IMG/VR virus record: IMGVR_UViG_3300020157_000001 | Span: 27,206-91,205 of that record | DNA from: a virus | DNA: 64,000 nt | Direction: 5' to 3' (one strand) | Part shown: in pieces, positions 57,439 to 64,000 of the stretch | Numbering within the stretch: position 1 is the stretch's first letter | Layout of the letters: every line of letters begins with the position of its first letter | The notes under the pieces: model-generated | Seen by the model: only the letters and a program-made list of their open reading frames with translations | Database searches by the model: none | Told to the model about the DNA's origin: nothing | Position numbers and translations under genes: made by a program

Positions 57439-57915
57439 TCAGACTAGAGTTAGCGCCAACTTAGCTATAGACGTTGTGCCATAGGTAAGTGCCTCTGAGG
57501 TTATGAAGTCTGAGTCGTCGTAGGCTGCTTCGTCCACCTTTGACCAAAGGGGAGAAATTGTCCAAGATCCAGAGAAAGTGTCACCAGTTGGACGTAGGTA
57601 CCTACGATCCGTAAGTGCTACAACACTACCGTATGCAACTACCCCATAAATAGAAGGAGCACCAGCAAGAACAACGCTAAACAAAGAAACACTAGATAGG
57701 GATGAGGATGTAGAAATGGTGCTAGGAAGAACAATGTTGTTAATTCCTACATTAGGAGAAACAACACTAGCTGCCGAGGTAATCGTTGAGACGGAAATAT
57801 TTACACTAGAAGATACAAGTGCCTGAGCTACGGATGATGAGGTATCTACCGTTGGAGCAGTAGGGGCGGCAGGATTAAATACTCCGCCAGAACTTAAGAG
57901 AAGGATTACAGACAT
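57439..57915 (-). CDS. Ser-rich virion protein
   Basis: STISTSSS repeats as in 51630-53354; RPTGD..W..PLWSKVDE..DD.DFI. Confidence 0.65.
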   Translation of the reverse strand: MSVILLLSSGGVFNPAAPTAPTVDTSSSVAQALVSSSVNISVSTITSAASVVSPNVGINNIVLPSTISTSSSLSSVSLFSVVLAGAPSIYGVVAYGSVVALTDRRYLRPTGDTFSGSWTISPLWSKVDEAAYDDSDFITSEALTYGTTSIAKLALTLV

Positions 57916-58722
57916 TTAACGCCTTGTGCGTACAGGTATGGTGGTCTGTACCAGTGAGGGTCGAGGACAGCGTTCTAAGGTGGTCAAAGTTCCACCAACA
58001 GTTGGAGCAATTTGAGAATAAATGCTAGAAACAGGAGTCCAGTCGTATGGAGGAGTTGTCAAGTTAAATAAAGTACGATTTGGTAGAGGATCAGACATGG
58101 GAGAAATAGGGGAACTAAGCCATGCTGGAGTAACTATTGACTCTAGTATCAGTTGTTCCTCTAAGGAAGTAATAGTTCCTACGGTAGCAATTTGGTAAAT
58201 ACTGGTAACTGGACCAAATCCTTCAAAGTTATCTAACTGACCAATAAATGGGGTTGTTAAGGCAGATGTATTACCTATTTGACTAATAAAAGCGGTAGTA
58301 GCAATAGTTGAGGCTGCTGCCGGAACATTAGCGGTTAACGTAGCCGCCACGGGAGGATCAGTGGTAGACCCAAGCCACAGTCGGACAGCTTGCGATATGG
58401 GAGCGGTAGTAGTTGTAGTCACTAAGCAAAAAAACCTCCACTCATTAACTACGACAGCAGCTCCAGAGGTCGTGTAACTAGCTGAGGTATCAGCTAAGGT
58501 ACTGCTGTTAATCCTAGAGAGAACGAATAGTAATTCCGATGATCCGGTTAAAGACAAGGTATTATTTGCTGCTGCAAAAAGAGGTCTTCCCGACGTGAAT
58601 GTTGTCGGCTTAAACCACCCCCACATATAGGTAGAAGAGCCAGCTCCATAACCTACTCTAGCGCTATTAACTGCCGTAAATTGAAGCACGTCACCAGTGG
58701 TCGCTCCAAAAGTGACCGCCAT
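57916..58722 (-). CDS. LamG-like virion protein
   Basis: TYMWGWFKP, NEWRFFCLV, IGN..FIGQLD. Confidence 0.6.
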   Translation of the reverse strand: MAVTFGATTGDVLQFTAVNSARVGYGAGSSTYMWGWFKPTTFTSGRPLFAAANNTLSLTGSSELLFVLSRINSSTLADTSASYTTSGAAVVVNEWRFFCLVTTTTTAPISQAVRLWLGSTTDPPVAATLTANVPAAASTIATTAFISQIGNTSALTTPFIGQLDNFEGFGPVTSIYQIATVGTITSLEEQLILESIVTPAWLSSPISPMSDPLPNRTLFNLTTPPYDWTPVSSIYSQIAPTVGGTLTTLERCPRPSLVQTTIPVRTRR

Positions 58723-58723
58723 G

Positions 58724-59383
58724 TCAGTTTCTTTCTACATAGACATTTAGTGTAAGTATGTTTGCGGTAGCAAACGTAACACCAGATCGACCAATTATGT
58801 ATGCAAATAACGAGGTACTGCCAGAAGCACAAACATACGGTATAGCAATGTTTATTGCTTGAGAAATACGTCCAGCAGATGCTGCTGTAGCTCCAAGTGC
58901 ATAAGCTCCAGCAGCTTGAGCTACACCTTGTACTTTAGTATAATCTGTAAGGGGAGAAAAGCTAAAGGCTGTGTTGTTGCCACTAACAGTAGTAAATGAT
59001 GAGTTAGTAAAAAGAATATCTACAGCACCTAAAACTATTCCTGAGGCTAACACGTTAGCTCCTACTATAGTTCCAGAACCACCTGCAATAGTTGCGGCAT
59101 TAGCAATAGTGCTTACTCCACCGATAGAGTTTCCAGAACTATAAGATGAGGCGGTATTAGCTACCGCAACGGATATTACTTGAAGATCTCTACGAGCAAC
59201 GATATTCAGTGATCCCGCCAGTGTTCCTGCGGAACCTGCTGTAATGGGGGCCAACCCACCGTTTGTCCCATCAACAAGCTTCATGTACTGAACATGACCT
59301 ACTGCTGGGTTACCCGTGACCTGCACTTCGTCGGTAGCTACCGTGGTACCAGCACCTGCCGTGATGGAGATATTGTCAGCCAC
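58724..59383 (-). CDS. Putative virion protein
   Basis: MADNISITAGAG..VATD..HVQYMKLVDG N-terminal motif; beta-rich. Confidence 0.6.
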   Translation of the reverse strand: MADNISITAGAGTTVATDEVQVTGNPAVGHVQYMKLVDGTNGGLAPITAGSAGTLAGSLNIVARRDLQVISVAVANTASSYSSGNSIGGVSTIANAATIAGGSGTIVGANVLASGIVLGAVDILFTNSSFTTVSGNNTAFSFSPLTDYTKVQGVAQAAGAYALGATAASAGRISQAINIAIPYVCASGSTSLFAYIIGRSGVTFATANILTLNVYVERN

Positions 59384-59386
59384 GGG

Positions 59387-59992
59387 TTAAACCGTAATAG
59401 TAAATAGGGTGTTGTTAGTAGCAGTGATAGTAAGGGTTCCCGACGTAACACCGTAGCTAGACCCACCAAAGTACCAGAACCCAACACCTGCACTAGCAGC
59501 CGAGCCGCCACCAGCGGTGGTTGTATTAGGGAAGTAAATGAACATGCCACCTACGTTAGACAAGGTAACAGCAGAGGCGTTAGACGTAGGTAAGCACTGG
59601 AATCCGACGGAACAGCCTGTCGCAAAATCCGTTCGGGCAAGGGATGGAGTATTTATATCCCTTCCACCTACTACCCAATCAGTGGCGTTAGTTCCAACTG
59701 ACCCATACACCTGAGCACTAGCAGCATTTCCGGTACCAGCAGATCCACTAGTGCTACCAAGCGCTGTCCAAGGAGAACCAACACCTCCATACCCAAGTAG
59801 TGCTCCTGTCGCAGATGCGCTTGGCGTAACAGAAAGATCATACAACGCCATTCGGGCACATGATCCAGCCGTCGTCTGGTTAAAGTCCATAGCAATAGAT
59901 GCTGCGGTGTAGTTAAACGCAAGAATGTCAAGAAGACTTTGAGCTATAAGATGAGAACCTGCGGATGACGCAGTAAGACCCGACCATGCCAT
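59387..59992 (-). CDS. Putative virion protein
   Basis: RMALY..W.VGG..YFGG..VTSGTLTI beta-rich pattern. Confidence 0.6.
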   Translation of the reverse strand: MAWSGLTASSAGSHLIAQSLLDILAFNYTAASIAMDFNQTTAGSCARMALYDLSVTPSASATGALLGYGGVGSPWTALGSTSGSAGTGNAASAQVYGSVGTNATDWVVGGRDINTPSLARTDFATGCSVGFQCLPTSNASAVTLSNVGGMFIYFPNTTTAGGGSAASAGVGFWYFGGSSYGVTSGTLTITATNNTLFTITV

Positions 59993-59994
59993 AG

Positions 59995-60276
59995 TTAATT
60001 ACCCTTCAAAAGAGAAACTGCTTCTGAAGAGGAAGCAAGAGTATCGACGTTAATGGAAGTAAGCCCTTCAGTGGGAGGGGGGGCATCCACTGCTGCTATG
60101 TAATCACGGATACCGCCCCAGTACAGGCTCAATGCTCCCCACTCCTGTGAAGCCGCCAGCCAACGATCACCATCGGTGTGGCGTGTTTCCCGAGCTTCTT
60201 CAAGTTCGACCACAATAGGGGTAATAGATTGATAAAAGGCAAGATCGTTTTGTAGCTTCTCTATGTGTGAAGTCAT
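59995..60276 (-). CDS. Hypothetical protein
   Basis: Tightly packed ORF. Confidence 0.6.
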   Translation of the reverse strand: MTSHIEKLQNDLAFYQSITPIVVELEEARETRHTDGDRWLAASQEWGALSLYWGGIRDYIAAVDAPPPTEGLTSINVDTLASSSEAVSLLKGN

Positions 60277-60278
60277 AT

Positions 60279-60500
60279 CTAGTCCATGTCTCCCATGCTC
60301 AACTTCTTTTGAATAGTGGGGGCTACTATCGTGGCATCAACTCGTCCAGACCAATGCTCGGTATGGAACCCTCCAATAGCGCCGTTGTCTTCACGGCGAA
60401 CTGGAATGTCACGATTTGTACCCGCGTAGCGCCCGTATCTAACTTGACGTTGCCCCACACCAATCTTGGCTTGAAACTCATTCATTGGTATATCATACAA
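60279..60500 (-). CDS. Hypothetical protein
   Basis: TEHWSGRVDATI; start uncertain. Confidence 0.6.
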   Translation of the reverse strand: MYDIPMNEFQAKIGVGQRQVRYGRYAGTNRDIPVRREDNGAIGGFHTEHWSGRVDATIVAPTIQKKLSMGDMD

Positions 60501-60542
60501 CTATACGAGGTATCAGGGGGGCCAAAACCCCCATGAGGATGA

Positions 60543-61337
60543 TCAAACTTGCTGGATGGTCGCCACAACTGACGAGGTAGTCGGACTATACGCAGTAACA
60601 GGTGGGGTGTCCAGAACTATCCCTGAGTTGATAGTTGAAGCCACATCAGATGCCCATATGAACTGAAAGTACTGTCCAGCAGTGAATGGGTGGATGAAGT
60701 TCCACCCAGACACAATATGACCCTCATTACCGGGCACTGTAACTACTCCAGTAGATCCGACCCATGGGGTACCGTCAATGCTAATCCAAATACGAACATC
60801 TGTGGCGACGTTGTTTTGGTGGTTAGTAAACTGCCCAGACCACTGAAAGTTGTACACACCTGTTCGACTAATAGTTATCCTGCTACCATTTACAAGTGAG
60901 ATTCCGTTTGTGGAATCTAACCCATCAAACATTATGGGTTGACCAGTACTTGCTGAGGTACACCATTGCCGAGCTGTGGAGTACAGAGACCCATAATGCC
61001 CAAGCGCCCCGTTAGAAACAATAGGAACACTGGTATCAACCCATACTAAAGTTGTATCGGCGGGGGCCGTGGGACCCACATATACGCCGGGATCTCCGGT
61101 ATCCCCTTTTGCACCAGCAGCACCAGCAGGTCCTGACTGCCCAACATCAGCGGCTATGACCGTACTGACTTGGACGTGAGTGACTACCTCTTGGTTGGAC
61201 TTGGTAGTGACTACAGACCTAATGGGGGGCTGAGTCTCAGAAACCCCCCCACCTGATTGTGAAGTAGAGACAGTATCAGGGGAAGAGGTTGTAGTTACAG
61301 TCCTTACAGGGGGCTTAACTACAGATACTGTGGTCAC
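60543..61337 (-). CDS. Collagen-like fibre with C-terminal C1q/BclA-like domain
   Basis: GQSGPAGAAGAKGDTGDPG; GISLVNGSRITISRTGVYNFQWS. Confidence 0.75.
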   Translation of the reverse strand: MTTVSVVKPPVRTVTTTSSPDTVSTSQSGGGVSETQPPIRSVVTTKSNQEVVTHVQVSTVIAADVGQSGPAGAAGAKGDTGDPGVYVGPTAPADTTLVWVDTSVPIVSNGALGHYGSLYSTARQWCTSASTGQPIMFDGLDSTNGISLVNGSRITISRTGVYNFQWSGQFTNHQNNVATDVRIWISIDGTPWVGSTGVVTVPGNEGHIVSGWNFIHPFTAGQYFQFIWASDVASTINSGIVLDTPPVTAYSPTTSSVVATIQQV

Positions 61338-62053
61338 GTGGATCTATCAGTAATCGAAGCCACTACAACAAGCGTGCCAGTGGCTACGGTATCCCAATCA
61401 CCTGCCGCGTCCATTGCTTGTATATCAAATGGATAGCTTCCAGCGGCAATGGTATTAGTGTCTGAGATGTGCATCGTCAGACTTGTTCCTGTTTTAGGAG
61501 CAAGGTACCCGCGGGTGTAGGTTGGAGTGAGAGCTACAACAGTCGATTCAGAAGGAGCAGTCGCATACCATTTAAGGTCAAGGGCAATAGCGCTTGCTGA
61601 GGTCCTCGCCTGCATACGAGCACTAGCGGCAGTAATAAGAGACCCAGACGAATCAGTCCAAGAGAAGTCAAGACGGTAGTCAGTACGCTGACGGTAGGTG
61701 ATCTGCATGTCGAACGTGCCCTCCAATGGGGTGATCTGAGCGATAGTGGATACCTCTATGGTGCCAGTTTCGATGGTCCTCAGTCGGACAGCATCAGCTA
61801 CGACATCGTAAGAGTACGTACCATCAACTAGGTCTGAAGTCTCTGCCTCAGACATAACCAGCAAAATACTGCCACGATAAGAGTCAACCACGCACGTAAT
61901 GGGGATCTTTATATTGGAAGTAGATGCTTGCATCATTGCAGAAGCCACAGTAACGGGGACGATCCTACGGGTGCGTTTATCTTTGACGATAATAAGACGC
62001 TGCCAGTACTCACCTCTACGTATATGTCGGGTTGAACTTTGAAGCATCCCCAT
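61334..62053 (-). CDS. Protein with two tandem BppU-like beta-sandwich domains (fibre anchor)
   Basis: Internal duplication: ASAMMQ..GTYSYDV..GTIEV and ASARMQ..GSYPFDI..GTLVV. Confidence 0.65.
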   Translation of the reverse strand: MGMLQSSTRHIRRGEYWQRLIIVKDKRTRRIVPVTVASAMMQASTSNIKIPITCVVDSYRGSILLVMSEAETSDLVDGTYSYDVVADAVRLRTIETGTIEVSTIAQITPLEGTFDMQITYRQRTDYRLDFSWTDSSGSLITAASARMQARTSASAIALDLKWYATAPSESTVVALTPTYTRGYLAPKTGTSLTMHISDTNTIAAGSYPFDIQAMDAAGDWDTVATGTLVVVASITDRST

Positions 62054-62103
62054 ATGATATCAGAGCGAAGGGGGCTGGGGGTCCCCATCACAACATGTAG
62101 TCC

Positions 62104-62460
62104 TCATTCCACATTGTTTACATTTGGAGTGAGCGTGTTCTGGGACAAGAGGTCCTCCACCGCAGAAGTCACATTGTCTTGAGTCTTCCATTTGTTGACC
62201 CCTTCCATCCAGTCTGGCCTCTGCCGAGCATAGCTCAAAGAGGGAACCTCAGCGACGTTAACACCGGCAACAGCCTCTGGAACGATGTTAAACATCTGCA
62301 TTTGACCGTCAGGTTGGGCAGGGGGGTTGTAGTCGATGCGTTGGTTGGTGCAGGAAATGACAATACCGGGGGCATTTTCATACTCGTTGAGGATTCCAAG
62401 AAGTTGGTACCCAGCGCTATCAGGTGCGGTTTTGAACCATGTGATGAGGTTGGATGACAT
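62104..62460 (-). CDS. Hypothetical protein
   Basis: ATG 62460 lies 7 nt below a -10 box. Confidence 0.6.
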   Translation of the reverse strand: MSSNLITWFKTAPDSAGYQLLGILNEYENAPGIVISCTNQRIDYNPPAQPDGQMQMFNIVPEAVAGVNVAEVPSLSYARQRPDWMEGVNKWKTQDNVTSAVEDLLSQNTLTPNVNNVE

Positions 62461-62467
62461 GGGGAGC

Positions 62468-62497
62468 ACCTTACCACCATCATCTCTAAAAAGTCAA
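62468..62497 (-). promoter_or_regulatory. SigA-type promoter, probably leaderless
   Basis: TTGACT-18 nt-TAAGGT. Confidence 0.6.
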
Positions 62498-62534
62498 GAT
62501 CCCAAAACCCCCAGACCCTTCACGACAGCGCTAT

Positions 62535-62563
62535 TTGACACGGGTCCTAAAAATGTGTACAAT
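62535..62563 (+). promoter_or_regulatory. Near-consensus SigA promoter, divergent
   Basis: TTGACA-17 nt-TACAAT with TG immediately upstream of -10. Confidence 0.8.
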
Positions 62564-62751
62564 GCGAGCGGAGCGAGCCAAGTAGTAGTGGAAGCGATGA
62601 GCCGTAGGCTCACCACCACGTGAACGTCAGGGCCTTGGGGGTAGGGGTAATCTCTTGTTCAACCCCTACTTCAGTGGAGTTAAGGTGAAGTCTGCCTAAA
62701 TCCATGTCATAATAGAGTAAGCTACGTATTCCCCTTAACGGAAGGAACTGT

Positions 62752-62877
62752 ATGACTACCCCAGAATGGATTGAAAGTGATGACGAATTTGAAGGTGTTG
62801 GAGCGCACCGAGACAATCCCCGCTACACCCCCGTTGACGAACCCGGCTACAACCCAGAAACAGGGGTTCCACAATGA
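62752..62877 (+). CDS. 41-aa acidic peptide coupled to endolysin
   Basis: Not in ORF track: MTTPEWIESDDEFEGVGAHRDNPRYTPVDEPGYNPETGVPQ*; GGAAGGA RBS; ATGA overlap. Confidence 0.65.
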   Translation: MTTPEWIESDDEFEGVGAHRDNPRYTPVDEPGYNPETGVPQ

Positions 62878-63830
62878 CTATCACAGCAGCAGAACTAGTA
62901 CACCGTTTGGACGGGCCGGATTGCTCACATTACCAATCGGATGCTGGGCACTTAGATCTCTCTGTGACCAGAGCCGTGCCAACTCACTTTCTCGGTTGGA
63001 AAGCAACTCAAAGCACCGCGTACATCGACCCATCATTTAACACGTTCCGAGGTATTGCTTCGGCTCTTAAGTTCAACTGGGTGCTCCCCTACCACTGGCT
63101 CAGTTCCACTACTGATCCAGTAGCTCAGGCTGACCATTACCTCGCAGCAGTCGGTACTTTCCGACCAAGCGAAGGGGCGATGCTTGACGCTGAAGAGGCA
63201 GGTATTACTGTCGAAAAGTGCCTCGCATGGCTTGAGCGCGTTGAGGATGTTACTCATCGTCCTTCGTCTGTGTACACGGGTATTTACGTTGCGGGGGGCA
63301 GTATTTGGAAAGATGCTCGTATCCGCACCTCAAAGTACGGTCCCCGTATGATGCATCTTGCTGCATATGTTTCCTCGGATAACCTCGTAGCCCGTCTAAC
63401 AGCACTTGGTTTGCTTGAACTTCCTATTGATGCTTGGCAGTGGTCATCGAATGGTCCAGTTCCCGGCATTACTGGTCGCTGCGACATGAATGCAGTATTC
63501 AACCTCAAGGGTTACGACTCCATCGTTGCCCCTGCTCCACCTCCTGCACCTTGGCCCCCATTTGATCCAGTGAATGGTAAGTGGGGACTTTACCCAATCG
63601 CAGTCAAACCAGTCATCAAAGAAGGTGCCCAAGGCACTAACAAGGATCTGGTGCGGTACCTGCAAGGAGTCATCTTGGTTAAGGCTGGTGGCGCTATCGT
63701 TGTTGACGGTACTTTTGGCCCCCAGACGACAAAGCGAGTCAAAGACTTCCAGAAGTTCTTCGGCCTTTACATTGACGGAATTGTTGGACCCAAGACTTGG
63801 GCCGCGATAGATTACGTGTCACAACGCTAG
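62874..63830 (+). CDS. Endolysin: GH25 muramidase + Pro linker + peptidoglycan-binding domain
   Basis: DCSHYQ, KATQ, YHW, MLDAEE, WQWS, CDMN; VDGTFGPQT..FQ..IDGIVGPKTW. Confidence 0.9.
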   Translation: MTITAAELVHRLDGPDCSHYQSDAGHLDLSVTRAVPTHFLGWKATQSTAYIDPSFNTFRGIASALKFNWVLPYHWLSSTTDPVAQADHYLAAVGTFRPSEGAMLDAEEAGITVEKCLAWLERVEDVTHRPSSVYTGIYVAGGSIWKDARIRTSKYGPRMMHLAAYVSSDNLVARLTALGLLELPIDAWQWSSNGPVPGITGRCDMNAVFNLKGYDSIVAPAPPPAPWPPFDPVNGKWGLYPIAVKPVIKEGAQGTNKDLVRYLQGVILVKAGGAIVVDGTFGPQTTKRVKDFQKFFGLYIDGIVGPKTWAAIDYVSQR

Positions 63831-63891
63831 TATCAATAGGTATCAATATACCTATACCGATATCAGTGACTGGTGTCACTTTTGGTAATAA

Positions 63892-63919
63892 GAAAAGCCC
63901 CCCAAATGGGGGGCTTTTC
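63892..63919. terminator. Bidirectional intrinsic terminator
   Basis: GAAAAGCCCCCC-AAAT-GGGGGGCTTTTC between convergent genes. Confidence 0.85.
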
Positions 63920-63938
63920 CATTGATACCGTTAAACCC

Positions 63939-64000
63939 TTAGGCCCAAGGATTGGGACGGTAAATCTCGTATGGGACATACGGTGGATACGGGTTCTTAG
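63939..64000 (-). CDS. 3' end of a gene entering from beyond the window
   Basis: Open frame ..KNPYPPYVPYEIYRPNPWA* facing the terminator. Confidence 0.4.
   Translation of the reverse strand, partial: KNPYPPYVPYEIYRPNPWA

Noticed and set aside
54559-58722. Stop-codon reassignment
   Set aside because: All three stop codons terminate well-defined genes and core genes are intact under code 11
1-64000. Prophage or bacterial contractile injection system
   Set aside because: Capsid, portal, terminase and a replisome are present; no integrase or host housekeeping genes in the window

Overview
A 64-kb segment of a large tailed dsDNA phage with a contractile tail (myovirus-type), almost certainly infecting an actinobacterium (inference from leaderless promoters, AGAAAG/GGAG ribosome-binding sites, a GH25+PG-binding endolysin and cluster-C/E3-like gene order). 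Nearly all genes are on the minus strand. In transcription order: accessory virion/fibre cassette (62.4-51.6 kb), holin-like genes and KTSC protein, terminase, an inserted module (Dps, DUF6321-like, Cys-rich peptide, metallophosphoesterase, HNH), portal, scaffold, major capsid, neck, sheath, tube, chaperone, tape measure, baseplate including a 2370-aa LamG-repeat protein, then a separately promoted replication/recombination operon (DnaC-like, DnaB, primase, SNF2 helicase, SSB, PolA, RecA, resolvases, Cas4-like exonuclease, thermonuclease, SpoVS). The endolysin is divergent on the plus strand. No integrase, tRNA, rRNA or CRISPR array was seen. Most notable: nested (Russian-doll) LamG domains, apparently split virion genes, three tandem WWER paralogs, a candidate Acb2/Tad1 anti-defence fusion, a structured RNA before the replication genes, an unannotated metallothionein-like peptide beside dps, and a candidate +1 frameshift. 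All family calls are by motif recognition, not database search.
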